Of a stretch of 64,000 bases of DNA, positions 61,801 to 64,000 are shown one piece after another. Every line of letters begins with the position of its first letter. Within the stretch, counting starts at the first letter, position 1. Below the pieces are notes generated by a model. That model was not told where the DNA came from. It was given only the letters and a program-made list of their open reading frames with translations, and did not search any database. The position numbers and the translations under genes were made by a program. The DNA comes from Candidatus Abzuiibacterium crystallinum (GTDB lineage: Bacteria; Omnitrophota; Omnitrophia; Omnitrophales; Abzuiibacteriaceae): assembly GCA_002787155.1 (NCBI GenBank), contig PCVY01000023.1, positions 6,828 to 70,827 of the forward strand, in the 5' to 3' direction.

Positions 61801-64000
61801 AACGCCGGTGTATTAGCCAACCAAGCCAGAGCATCTCTTGGGAATCATTTGGTAACCATCGCCGTCTATGTTGATGCCGGTCATTTACCGGCCATGTCAG
61901 GAGTTACGATGAAAGCTTTGGCGCGAATTCAGGGGGATGATCCCGCAGCTAATAATGCCAGAGGCGTGATGACATCGATTTTAAGACAAGTTACAAGACG
62001 CATCGAACCGCATGAACTGCTTCAAATCAAAGGGGCGTTTCTCGCAGAACTCGCAAAACCTCTGGGCAATGGTCAAGAAGCACGCTATGTAAGGTGGGGT
62101 ATTTTTTATTCATTAGAAGAGCTTGCTAAACGGATTGACACGGCAGAACTGCCGCACTTAACGGCCGTGATGCTGAATGAACTAGTGAATACGGCTGAGC
62201 GAACGGATGATACTGCCAATGAAACCAAGCAATCGGTCGGAAGGGTTTTAAAAGAAATTGCTCATCGTATTGATTCTGATGCCCTGCCCGGTCTGATAGC
62301 GCCTGTCGTGGCGGCGTTGGATGGTGTCACAGACCTCAGCAAATCTGCCTACGAAGTTCAAAGCTCTCTCACATCGGCGTTGACAGCAATCGCAAATCGT
62401 GTGCATGAACGGGAACTTCCCCAACTGATTCCGCCGCTTCTTGGGACATTAAAAAAGATTTCGGAAGCAAAAGGCGAAGATGAAAAAAAGGCGGCTGATG
62501 ATGTGAGACTGCACGCGGCGGTTGCCGTCCAGGCAGTGTCTCGGCGTGTTGCTGATGTTCGTGAGATTGATCTGCTTGCTGCGTCCATGACGGATGAACT
62601 TGCGAAATTCAAAGACCCGAATCATTCAACGTTAGCCACACTAAGAGCGGTTGCAGAAGCGCTTGCCGTTATTTATATGAGGCTTCACGATCTTTCATTA
62701 AAAAATGAACCGTTATTTCACGCCCTCAGAGATCTTTTGAAAGTGGAATATGTAGTTGACGCAAAGCTCTTTCCCGCTTATGGAAGCTTGGAAAATGTTA
62801 AACAGATCCTCCAACACGCAGATCCGGCACGGATGACTGCCCAATTGAACGCTTACCGCAAACAATTAATCGCTGAGTATCAAAGAGATCAGGGAACAGG
62901 GATCAGGGATCAGGTGTCGGGGGATGGGGATCAGGGGACGGGGAACAGGTCAAAAGACACGAGAACAAATGAAACCCTTTGGACGGCGGGGGTTACCGGC
63001 GGTGTGAGTGCGGGAGCGGAGATTACAGGAAGAAGTGAAATGCGGAAAAAAGTAGACAGCACTGCCGGTTCTCGCTCCGAACCCCACTTGAGTCCAACCG
63101 ACTCAAGTGCTGTCCGTCCCGAAAAGCCAACCGCTTTTCGAGCGGAACTGCGAACCAAAGATTATTCCCGCATGAGCGTTGATGAATTGTTAAATGAACT
63201 TCAGTCAATCAAAGGATCAACTGATGATGCCAATTGGGCAAGACGAGTCATTACCGATGTCTTCACAGAAATATCAAAAAGAATTGATGAAACCGAACTT
63301 CCCGCTATTTCACAAGCGTTGTTGATCACTTTAAAAGAAATCAAAGGATCAACTATTTATGCCAATATTTATGCCAATTGGGCAAGACGGGCCATTGCCG
63401 ATGCCCTCGGAGAAATATCAAAAAGAATTGCTGAAACCGAACTTCCCGCTCTTTCACAAGCCTTGTTGATTGCTTTAAAAGAAATCAAAGGATCAACTTT
63501 TGATGCCCATCCGGCAAGACGGGCCATTGCTGATGCCTTCCGAGAAATATCAAAAAGAATTGATGAAACCGAACTTCCCGCTATTTCACAAGCCTTGTTG
63601 ATCGCTTTAAAAGAAATCGAAGGATCAACTGATGATGCCAAGCATATGAGATGGGTCATTGTCGATGCCCTCAGAGAAATATCAAAAAGAATTGATGAAA
63701 CTGAACTCATCGCTATTTCACAAGCCTTGTTGGCAGCTTTGAAGAAAATCAAAGGATCAACAACTGATGATTATGCTCATGGTGCAAGAGAGGCTATTGG
63801 CAAAACCCTAGCTGTTATTGTGTTGCGATATCATCAAATCCCTATTTCAGATGAGAGAAATGATTTATTGAGCGCTCTTCAAGATGTCTTTACACTTGAA
63901 ATGAACGGTGTTTCCATCTATCCCATAGAAAACCATCATCCATTGAATAACCCAAACAATTCCATTCATCAAATCTTTAAACAACATGGCCAAAACCACG
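31702..64000 (+). CDS. giant modular protein (at least 10,766 aa; 3' end beyond window): N-terminal signal-like segment, HEAT-like repeat arrays, six tandem MoxR/midasin-class AAA+ domains, HExxH motif, CoxE-like VWA/MIDAS domain, further repeat modules
   Basis: Frame 1 (positions = 1 mod 3) has a stop at 31696-31698, an ATG at 31702, and no stop through nt 64000. I translated the frame by eye and found no in-frame stop; about 25 stretches were checked in detail for frame. Every + strand ORF in the supplied track between 31.8 and 64 kb is in frame 2, and no terminated frame-1 ORF is listed. The translation contains six Walker A/B pairs, a DxSxS MIDAS motif and at least 15 conserved linker cassettes. 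Confidence 0.85.
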   Translation, partial: MFIPKNIQRAIAFFLAISFSLSNGPTLLLAETYPGSSLPYHASSVNPNAILDSLKLPGELGIVQEVYSAVPGTTVPGSQNPAPAVPGTGIGFKVNQLVILVQNAHANYDSESNVRKIIQFFQEHYQLGLVLLEGGEGKLDPLFFKSFPDGKIKEKLLDQYLKHGDLQGGEAAAILNHSNNPTSYWGIEDETLYQQNKAAFLKAIVQTDQILKQLTQKEAALEENIASLPESSQTFYKAWQAFHADEMNLLEYVKTLAEHTSGTGSVDSVIPARLWRESTVIGALVRSFPELAKLLEVEKGEQALQKSEIDMTVNQLLKEFQSTALPALSVESQKEWGQRIQDYQTGRLGVGFLIKQLESFLTIPDVLKPAIQHAQTISSVRGTEIFHELEHLENAVRDQLPGRERLHQVNELHLLKRFARLEITHEEWKVIASAAKQSQDQGLLRSFHSLAMTEMLKNHFTFYQLALKRDGILSGRILEIMRRESQKVSLVVTGGFHESGIKERLRANGTAYVLISPAIQEVGSNEAYLNAMHDKRSFMKYFQGSYWDALAKDYMQQSSAAAGPQEEKFIFKQWRDQLIQNTLQEGRITQATRYTRYLDSFLQTEGKPADDKVGRKTQLEGAFESFLSTYFKQHQADLNAKLDHFAAGFKNMLTQGTFTQGAVEALLRQTQVLQTAQLAPDLALIPAWNQFHLSEATIETLPDINQPLWLEHKQKSELRSEEVDSDYWYAYGEEFLILMEEVGYRIDETDLEGDITLEVETVSDDRFPKDFSKLAKSVPESDLTRLRDTYIHILKNAIGKSRTLEEIVEGLSTLILRQAGIRLNDRKLIEAITDILLTYKEKGVTGPTLQLRHVYLFPRYGDVNEIIQLLANHRGKRGTLSQTQRQLIAQQLENMKEQWQANYERAQAEKTEEPKVDGQPKTGESLWLEGQPKPELRNAKDYTQMSVKELLVELQSTRSQSSQVNFKILRITSELEQRSEKMLDSEIVATINALLSALMLIEPSSEDALHAHTSLRAVLERLIEEVSQDELVSIIPVLHTTLEQIHGTSSQANMARVTITRILEKLSKKVPLPALASIQNALLLALKLTEGSDIDTSHTRNNIAHCLALVTLRYYQVIHLTDNRLPFISLEKLLSMVSSGPDRISLFPIYGDLEVIGQILQSQDQTNMIQQLNAYREQLMAQYQREQRSGIRGQGTGNSLPDHDPLWTAGVAGGVNAGAGADRAELRNKNYSQMTADELLQALKSVQGTNEASTDTRRALSNALNAAFRRMNQEELPAIFQDSLAAIKEIGESDERTQARDWIAMPLFALIQKIDEDQLAFVFENLIAVLREIKGSSHAAIQVRFSIIQNLILIVHRRHHRSYTSPGDKLAQALHVLFSAASSKVWVFETYGSLHALDQIFESKDDKTIIAKLSAYREQLIALSLREEAPRVKGQEQQDTGGGSGDTDQNDSIWAATVLGPANVSASIKIHSSRSELRMKRRLDPLDQLLNDLKSLKGSGDTTNGIRADLADALTTLGRKLTESQLFLIVDPIITQLEQIEGSRYTANRAKLAITSFINMAASRLSPTQLGGLVKPLFNQIVFKRELEELTSNIPVSFGDSLLEVVREIDQTQLQEVARLLFDYLTNLPDDLEYTNLSLRSICRALTMVFKRIDTFPWSEAVAAFKTLHRNTEQTRTFYPAFPWISDVLAMALLRMHQIEIEKGRDSLFSALSRLLEFHKDDTVLFLRHGDFNEVNSILQSHADRSTKTAQLNHYREQLLALHQREQGAGSREQGTPPHSVGRIRPPAEGIRSQDTDHELWLSGPVGAGAVGVGAAVLNTKSELRTHGDDEYDVMGFESKYWKMDLNELLDELWFILWFNEEGWGKSFDRNTIIEITDHIQRKSKEADQDELVPAARRLFDALEKTVKYFNRDTAAPHLAVARALAAVHWKIHGFNTSEWSNELFLTLEDIFVIAIGEKSLFLSYSSPAAIKQILELKDQNAMIYQLKALREQILAAYQREQGTGDSAAHRRADPSSGGREQEPRDTGSHEPLWTAGVGAGVLLSAKSELRVQFFQIALTKLVDFARQNASLFFRYVINRQKVVERDDDDYEKMSTDELLDDLQFIHLAYAFRHVPPQRRWDISLSLGWRVQKMTKPELLDFSRKLLTILTTTKGSSENAHQIRSAAAGVFKEVVRIIPDTELLAIFKALFSALKITHQSLSVAFSHAARIEERAITDTFEIIRKRMPKADFSQVVDEYLAVLEEIKNRKFLFWEKTIQHQTLHLMGEAVYSFPEAQLRRTAKELIAILRALKDQGGNVNEIRILLLYVFRNIVERLPEADLGGYVTELLSTFDAIKGSNEHAGEAKGDIGHILSKAAERMPPSELPHFADEALIRLESTPNRGNQAYQTTRAMAEALWGFAKAVDPEKADPQKMSKIMNLLLEKLKLIKGKGDNEEWAKIHILLALGAIAKKIPHQELPGLSNAILSELTHYEFNDGLKGRLIDVLIAIADSIDLAELPKISNELLDVLKEMGELNDDEDGGYQTLVTIAVFFEQITPKISETELPRISKAFLTALAAIKGSSYNLDRVRRFVGDVLALISLRINHLPLDNKPLIEQLQKFFSLAPASHSLFPMYGDLNEIGHILKLEDHKQVIAQLNAYQAQLLARYQREQGTPPHSVGRIRPPAEGNREQGTGIRSQDTDHDLWLSGPVGAGIRAELRNKDYSKMTIDELLQALQMGRSDQEAQELKIGIAKVLKESAKTMQPTELQHLSNRLLLLLEAAPAKGRAGRQTIQAVADIYQVIAMKIDPAELPKILEALLTASKLPLKYDVDGRDAKRFITIALTKVAERIPEEKLPTILNYALLELSHYDLDDQLTYSLIFVLDAVANRIQPTELPRILHALLDKLKTIKSLDDKDEEDLIWQVVMIAAFTFKSIAARMSATELPAISKRLLEIRSLAKRDSTQAEKTRDALLAPFPAIAARIDKKELPNLFDQFVDILKNTHRTDASPGSSSNMRLRSRKVLAIIFLRNHQLPLDDETLAKALENLLGIHSPTDSLFPIYGEFSEIDRILRLPGREQMIAQLTIYRKQLIAQSQRDQGTGNREQGTGDGEQGTGIRSQDTESNDTLWVISPAVERSELRTKDYSRMSVDELLNELQSIKGSTIDVNWAREAIADTLTEILKRIDPTKLPAISQALLTALKEIKGFADDANRTRWAITFSFPEILQRIDPTELPAISQALLITLKEIKGLSNATNEARRTITFSFPEILQRIDPTELPAISQALLIALKEIEGSTDAANQARWVIADAFREMPKRIDKSELPAISQTLLAALKEIKGSTIGANQAREAIGKTLAVIVFRHHQIPVTDETNDLLSALQDVFTLEMNGVSIYPIENHHPLNNPDNPIHQIFKQHDQDYAQIMSQLNRYREQLSAQHQRDQGTGNREQGTGIRSQDTDHDLWLSGPVGVGAGLTKAGRQSADHDKRVELRNESPNLEDLSPTDEAREVEVVIKAIHALTDSVWKQPLPRLNTRSNAGAELASLVNQCVHLIRDTKMTVNEQIQLVKAFLHLLESFESLYLKTLVGSASHLQLHWLLRHVMTAIPFGQITPIRHEIYLSQEIARRQGPSRNTTLHIDFLSEILIMLALKQAGFKGTWDTLAVDKIYNTNVWKELGDFYSGTVRVRREGIGFLHQYADDAEINKIINIWLDDSGNLDHTRAEQVITQLKLYIDQLLHQIKIKANEEPGTDDAEQSADSRPEDIWLRGSFRPQGGLGPSKSELRTAKSKSDLGKRLTQLAKDLEAEVEARQIKGLAKQLLENKSTRTKTDAQIESEIKEKAADDAAMDRLIAHLKIARALKEAGNDFLRDYEQTHYLKLAKIQQPNAVLWGLRFLDLDDIQDPEIRRLMGKLQSLLMVNEFFGRSSAAFVESVLTEFIVNTVIGDDFGMTELLTSLDPNQNLIELFQDWGVNVQLKYSREHTGIQALYDIARLYSKVFPEFNNNARTGFITHDFKEMLREPEGDADRNQQARALARGGAAQALNLLTIRLLGLPAGRTMEQQWQELFKITEKGIPNLQKPEHLNGARAEDILAGLAEISKTSQGQLKEVVAELIQGRFKLLVNHDVERFKQIGIIIGFTGIDGFAKIPFGRLREKYHLTEGSEEEGRLLKIVAQISRTAREGTGGLIEEVFDLYSQEAGEHLDDLNKLLQAFSYFVRLVNFHHDYERLVLEGDIGKVNNEALFVSLRDLKRTLDIVKKNDAKGMDIRDAIASAVKRRYYNRLSIEDRGIVRDLMARHRLIHENDLLDFDYVIDGFKNGSSRIRIYRKRKSGPARFKRTEVKPGEYKMELIQESVGKPELLLEIPLAQPLANVDPKIILNETTRRNLANILDALEVEEGKRFNPVLEFGVTSGGKSTTAALVAKILGVGFTRIQINERTDEFDLFGSFQPYEINITLEEAIQLLQEALATNNYNGLEDVFSRLKSDQTGQFWENYFNAQERQTIELGKDSRYPQRSVLERQRAAIRDKLKQLADKQLELAQSLKSLSAQERRLIDSKTDNPVWQAQLAQLRREEAEGFDQLNRIKSIAFMLNHEVGLRYKEGRFLTAYKRGDLILLDEVNLANEEMLGVLYQLLTLGYLEYNGKVIEPPLGKQARILATANPSGYAGRRRMSEAFMNRFEIIHVDEMTDEEMRDIVVGQMMKDLIASGRYTAGDFEQNSDEAPEVWDKKINKILQEEYGITRESTRLLAGVQRKFNSILATGSFPRMGSDSNYVFTLRNLQRIAGDVKERKENGERITLETWIREAYGEYAGVLMRPSTQPSYTAERLKPDESLPAEHHLWDDPDYKTIRRVFTTFMGELIAGESHQSYDDAFDELIRRHFETIPYVYDSTAHAIKLDGLLTQGAEPNDQNPIEPLIEVGSTKMVQRQILKGIRRNIPTLLVGQSGGGKTEIIGDLVNRLGRQYISVSLGDATLESLIGTMEYNRMEKRFVYRRGVLVKAMEEGSVLVLEELNMAKSGILEILNEYFDDGTFTNPFTLKQVAVHRDFRLFATMNPIQGETGENLGRVSLSPALRNRFREIWVPHKKTDAEMNEILIGKFKQLGVEKIEKATGAKIIGFFRAYEEAFKDQADPVYYTSLRDLNRIAKIMAYLINELDMHESDALARAIDRVYRLRMQNSGALAVVDQILIELKIKIPGAGQLSYQSRNGVLEVRDGQTLVAKLDLSLIQAKLRDRIRGELSADTDPAELEALTEKRLKTLLDEAVLVENPRTKAHLLDLMEAVTLPSGEVKKGKFNPIFLLGETAGGKSSLTKYLALHLLGQNYTRIQFNERTDEFDLFGAYEPRELHMGLDRAFRIVQNAMEQGEWVKIKKALKLWQTGALTEDDLSELEMIEKVEERIRTVDLEASQQITKILKDASEEDVLGDPGQKREAERKLKTIAFLIENNMLNVELEFREGRLLQAIRRGDVVVLDEMNLANEEALAVLYQLLTLGYVEYYHKDTRQVERITPAPGFKLMATANPASYAGRHRLSEALMNRFEIHYVMNMTPQEMTEILRGENSHEPVFERDQSFQTTVEKLTLLQENINEALRNGQFPEVSSDQVQGYLFTLRNLKRVLRNTAELLRQGDSSPPSESLIRQAYLEYLGVLGRSDASIKTLQSLFKAPKQFPQFNPDFRISFESMTMPNGQSGILAGGFKVVRRFYEDEAEGVSHDADVIEELEEGATTNLIRQAIAKGLLDSRMAVLLVGQSGGGKTEMIGDLARRLGWRYRSVSLGNATLESLVGGYAMDHETKKFRYIPGILIQAMREGAILVLEEMNMAPSGLLEILNEYFDESTFTNPMTGQKEKIHPNFRLFATMNPEKGVTSTSEGRVGLSPALRSRFSEVWVPHIRTQAETERIIRKKFSNRGVSHVPPKVTEDIYRVYDQYRRFVEEGKIGQESNEGYYVGLRDVVKIIDLVAQDQSRGIPMEEALRFAFKRIFYLRLNSDADRKTVQEEILKTYDMSKTEYQWKSVNDHWVVKRTQWQTAEVPKALLKEKGFILTPQSQEELALLLEAMQRGVTIQGKAAARSFNPMMLFGETSGGKSTLVEIAASIFRTPFTRIQMNQRTDEYDLLGSYHPVEVKLTFEQAYEVVQSVIRQNQTLRTAQVLRALHITDDHVKSVLRINPDQTMPLEQLQKRFLEEHVLANARQGNPKSIEQMKDIGALLLNGVAGIELIFREGMLLQAMGDRETGRPGQVVLLDEFNLANEEAIGILYQLLTLGYIEFQGRKIFPGKGFQLIVSGNPSRYSGRRRMSEAFMNRFEILNRPSMTKEEMVKILTEKYALEASGISKSGIEALVDLQFDIEETAQSIGFDFFNQDNTYRFSLRNLERIVQDLKKRMEVEPERSVQVMLREEAYLEYAGLLSQSTDEDDPKKNNLKVLAGLFKKHFNWEIDPETVLPEFKKQTLVKGEDEWISLNGVRVRKLSPHQMLESLQLELNEEIRSGALADDDGGKLVLLTEANLVRILAQVEKRLASHDPLSRKEIMREEARTEYLKMLGESPRLVKRLDELINQHFYTQAERIEPLVELKSTRLVRMQILKGFRDGGVIRSRDTEGREVLNHRSQPVLLVGQSGGGKTEEIADAARELNRPYISVALGAATIESLIGSFVLNSETGTFEFRKGIMVRAMEEGSALTLEELNMAESSIIEVLNEYFDRGTMTIQERNVPIRIHPNFRLFATMNPTEGRTGRNAGRIPLSPALRSRFREVWVRNERNKGEQYRLMLGGIHALVSSLITRGLPEDRPDELENLELDWTRRRLAETAGQQVQFASSESLSAALKAGPSITLPRHDSSAIRMAKASEDGTPKEKPTSKEWERMAINERKRIYEEQFRIVSHGIMNIMSSDEAIELGLSRDGSHHWAYAPSINTLIYNSREIMTLSLDALIGVGVHESMHRYGTRYTSLFADFLDAQSLAGSFFNILEDGRIENWARYRFRGVERPLRTLNDEIIFDFEDDNEMVERMIKTSKDGKDIGHAGAIGNFFLYLAKRGSDPGAGKVIEKFLKAFEERDPALKEDIENLMQAGYFGGARDEDIIDAARQRKAQGVFSAIPVSPDDVGVYRVDPNPSEETILQLAIHQGILIRDFIMPVVYKWAVLQAEGEGSGKSGSGGAPGRGKIVIRPGKPGEESTPISPREWKKIWDSLSENDKKKILDTLDDLKKKAQDRTAKDSIDHKNAAIDAEITEPKSERDRLMSQMGKMIHELAGYLRDLIQNTIRPKEITGLKKGRIDVRRLMNAMARGFTDMRFYKQRIIPDKKDIKFTLIIDESGSMAGMGESGKGPEDNAAAKGYRTLMGAALLMEVLETLGIDFAVRGYGDDTFLHKRFKGQRIELSDQRAHFPPVPDGYATRKEKDTLIDDLYGSIGNHGGNNEGPALQAAIRDILKAGGEKHFVIVITDAMGDTKAIQEILDEVRAKKGMIGSTQTEFIAIGLGNDTESVPEVYGSEHGFWLHDDEVHKLPSEIKKLLQNVIRGVYAPGSGTPSRFSQFGKRMTDSASMAGAAGVGASTASASSAARSHSELRADDLESKVRKIIIRLARSQGDGLSAEQEHTDMLRRLGVLANRRSPEEVFEIVIEMMADETVGFSRKENAIRRAIMEAFLKELTPSAVLTSSAINELQDLMHTLAREAHSPEAQAEIDVIKSRIKELRLKLIMRQEVFTYAKITQLLSLDPSETVDLFLESLLSGDYSSGVDRKRMASNFGNLISNLNGELLLQTTEQIIEAIRTDPRAHIDPYENLEKYGSKIAYERHSILLEGLLVAVKKVDRSILQSIVDCMVQDLQYERSKKLKAEILAIALLRQENIITTNPSQEEKSLINALVNLPGRSTFQTSDLKEITLMLQHAKPKRGRLSSQAIKVLREQIKNFDEQIRARATRAQNENEQRSEDNLLPPDTESELWLENPRAELRTENDGSRRVDQLLKELQSIQGSSDEANRIRRDIGRALKKTVEENAIIDPSHAAQVLISTLHQIKGSNAGAYKAKEAIGWALAEVAKKIETTELPKISQAFISVLEAIEGSSAAATNLRLNAAWMLDGTAQRIDLTELPAIFQALISALGQLRGSDAGTRNGRTDFGFVLTDIVFRYHQLAPYLESSESELHSAMRNLMTMLSFSDDVPLFPRYGDWDTLHQIFEMGDSKKIIQNLKKFREQIFAQYQREQRSGDREQGTRDRLQDTGTNETLWTAGVAGSVSAGAFVPAARSELRTKNYFRTAVDKLLRKLRSMRVHRLLRELKGLIGNTTSDAHWARLDIAGALIRISKKTDSTDLPAVTQALFLVLSTTERSSSLGLEEERRLGVFRALREISKRIDSAELSAILHALFSVLRETKGSFVSAAYERRAIANIFIEISRRIDQTELPAMMQGLLSVLLEVFEDSGSADHDAIEAVAGVLNEISKRIDQANLLNFTQALLLALSEIKGSNQDASTARTKIAIVLREISKSIADTELPTVTQALLKALNESEGFDTYASDARAQIAVALEEILKRIDETELPAVAQALISISNKFKSLGYSFWPNSTIQEALAVIVFRHHQMPVTDETNDLLSALQDVFTLEMNGVSIYPIENHHPLNNPDNPIHQIFKQHGQDHAQIMSQLNRYREQLSAQHQREQRSGDRGQGTGNSLPDQDSLWAAGVGLGTFLFTARNELRNGWLAERGHYLVHRFVHMVYGIRIKFRKKDHITERVLALINELKSLKGSGPDVVQSITDLATSLVENLKHIDQKDLPYVLDVLLSTLKQIKGSDDRATDARVWITTVLGTMVDRLDKKERTKLVKEFLSISRQMKGTMVNNIFVWTNILQTFAAMLAYLDDHERPLIIEELVTALKDIEDPTGNADLIRKNISETLSIFFFHRHGYPDLENKDPLFVALKKLFGATQNAVSLFPRYGDLTEVDRILQLEDREKIISQLNAYREQLMAQYQRDQRSGNRDQVSGDGGQGSGNRSQDMNDDLWLVGLAGAAAVHRTELRGVESLFRQLINLVRSALGRKQPAGSLKTKLHALIGMRTEEAHQQRASLLVQLKNEVSYASLSELTVIISVLFDLIKAYEDSSQSEQALIRSIFKKVIKRLDQTELLHLSQRLLGVFQSMDSSEYLAHQARESLVKAFIAVTQNIDYSAFPRVIEIMLNFAQSRELQYDIGGTRGEPARLRFELAPALAAMVKRVPRNKRLQTIQFLLDHLRLMAQTYETVNMGSEIVRYSLNEITEQMDSRALLDLTQLLWRTLELLEDSSRSAFDVKFRILYVLDDVIGKEAEVNSSRLTEDWRHRIDQLISYLRRTPNHKRDTFDIRWMVRRILMTITSKLEGPRLNDAVAGLLDQLESIHDSDDVSNGARQVIADVLAKAVHGYDKALLSRAASVLFETSKLIVTQNQEANQAKAAYGKVLVEIVLRLDESALSALVAPLGQLLDSVIPIHKDRVIQYERDSLGAALSIVILRLHQINFHYVRDPSAYPDPNDYIDFLQYNIAMLFNLYIEDPSFSAQTKWDAIEQFTRDVMGDDQVLPEAKREALMGKIGTYREQLDAAYKRHQSEEGGSQDTGPEVQDEPGDSLWLARASTGKSELREDALSRMTENQLFDALISISFHDDTTIFHRYAGPLIWELAARVRRIKNPLSQEVLLQMVPKLLEVYLRHKVVEEWLDQLRQEIDHTLSDIAKRLKNQERTEMLKMILDFLYSFPGAGVELNRVRVTAGDVLREIARGTDAEELPDLLNSVLSIYQAIKGSDRDANQARWRMGSALKEIAKRIDSSQLLPLVTPLLDSLSLMADPRDPSSAYANTAYRTVANILRTIVKRIDPHQLPEIKAPLLGALTHIQGDTEAARFARGDISRLLAEHYLRSHGLALSGRGGNLLKAFADVFAAASPDGISVFPLYGDQKEIDRLFQSAADKNGRIAPQMRQQLISQLQTYQEQLIAAYQRDQRSGNRDQGTGNRSQDTGTDETLWAAGVAGSVSAGAIASAARSEPSTRSELRSKDYFHQATENLLRELAALQGSSDDVNQRRKWMADALDGEVIKRVQSSMLPVFLYPLLRQLDAIENAGVLANQARASLGNHLVTIAVYVDAGHLPAMSGVTMKALARIQGDDPAANNARGVMTSILRQVTRRIEPHELLQIKGAFLAELAKPLGNGQEARYVRWGIFYSLEELAKRIDTAELPHLTAVMLNELVNTAERTDDTANETKQSVGRVLKEIAHRIDSDALPGLIAPVVAALDGVTDLSKSAYEVQSSLTSALTAIANRVHERELPQLIPPLLGTLKKISEAKGEDEKKAADDVRLHAAVAVQAVSRRVADVREIDLLAASMTDELAKFKDPNHSTLATLRAVAEALAVIYMRLHDLSLKNEPLFHALRDLLKVEYVVDAKLFPAYGSLENVKQILQHADPARMTAQLNAYRKQLIAEYQRDQGTGIRDQVSGDGDQGTGNRSKDTRTNETLWTAGVTGGVSAGAEITGRSEMRKKVDSTAGSRSEPHLSPTDSSAVRPEKPTAFRAELRTKDYSRMSVDELLNELQSIKGSTDDANWARRVITDVFTEISKRIDETELPAISQALLITLKEIKGSTIYANIYANWARRAIADALGEISKRIAETELPALSQALLIALKEIKGSTFDAHPARRAIADAFREISKRIDETELPAISQALLIALKEIEGSTDDAKHMRWVIVDALREISKRIDETELIAISQALLAALKKIKGSTTDDYAHGAREAIGKTLAVIVLRYHQIPISDERNDLLSALQDVFTLEMNGVSIYPIENHHPLNNPNNSIHQIFKQHGQNH
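37028..37068 (+). repeat. 39-41 nt palindromic mini-insert CTCCGCC(A/G)CACA(G/T)CGTCGGGCGGATCCGTCCTCCGGCGGAA embedded in-frame in the heptamer arrays of the giant gene (other copies 37720-37759 and 39667-39705)
   Basis: Three near-identical copies encode 'TPPHSVGRIRPPAEG' or 'SAAHRRADPSSGG'. They share the 22-nt core with 19037-19058. Confidence 0.8.
40934..40996 (+). repeat. coding heptanucleotide tandem repeat (GGGAACA and variants, 9 units; 4 perfect copies at 40941-40968) encoding 'QGTGNREQGTGDGEQGTG'
   Basis: Period 7 nt, read directly. Similar arrays at 35255-35296, 36990-37027, 41954-41995, 56199-56250, 57539-57580, 58469-58530, 61445-61490 and 62885-62950. Confidence 0.85.
41100..41720 (+). 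repeat. array of near-identical 132-nt (44-aa) tandem repeats 'IDPTELPAISQALLIALKEIKGS..A..AR..I...F.EI.KR'. A second near-identical array lies at 63150-63790.
   Basis: 'ATTTCACAAGCC' recurs at 41221, 41353, 41485 and 41614, and at 63307, 63451, 63583 and 63715. Minus-strand 'ORFs' 41115..41543 and 63369..63752 are shadows of these repeats. Confidence 0.85.
44780..51900 (+). other. block of six tandem AAA+ domains (MoxR/midasin/dynein-related, AAA_5-like). Walker A at 44851-44880 (GVTSGGKST), 46453-46476 (GQSGGGKT), 47527-47550 (GETAGGKS), 48865-48888 (GQSGGGKT), 49855-49881 (GETSGGKST), 51457-51480 (GQSGGGKT)
   Basis: Each unit has a Walker A, a Walker B (odd units 'LLDE(V/M/F)NLANEE', even units 'L(V/T)LEE(L/M)NMA'), a sensor-like 'ATANP/ATMNP' and 'MNRFE / LSPALR(N/S)RF'. 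All are hallmarks of the MoxR/AAA_5 family. Confidence 0.8.
52414..52428 (+). other. HExxH motif (HESMH) between the AAA block and the VWA domain
   Basis: 'LIGVGVHESMHRYGT'. Could be a zincin-like site or chance. No third ligand identified. Confidence 0.25.
53430..54100 (+). other. VWA domain (CoxE/MoxR-associated type) with a MIDAS motif DxSxS at 53536-53550
   Basis: 'GRIDVRRLMNAMARG....KKDIKFTLIIDESGSMAG', later 'GNHGGNNEGPAL' and 'FVIVITDAMGD', so MIDAS ligands are present. Confidence 0.75.
63355..63378 (+). repeat. 12-nt in-frame tandem micro-duplication ATTTATGCCAAT x2 ('IYANIYAN') inside one HEAT-like repeat
   Basis: Read directly. It makes this repeat unit 144 nt instead of 132 nt. 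Confidence 0.8.

Noticed and set aside
33800-63800. Possibility that the periodic repeats in 32-64 kb are a CRISPR array or satellite DNA
   Set aside because: Repeats are 132 nt or 7 nt and lack uniform spacers. They are embedded in one continuous reading frame with protein-level conservation, so they are coding repeats.
1-64000. Search for tRNA/rRNA genes and transposases/integrases
   Set aside because: No tRNA-like cloverleaf signatures (for example a GTTCGA T-arm) in the intergenic gaps. No rRNA-like conserved stretches. No DDE transposase or tyrosine recombinase motifs in any listed ORF.
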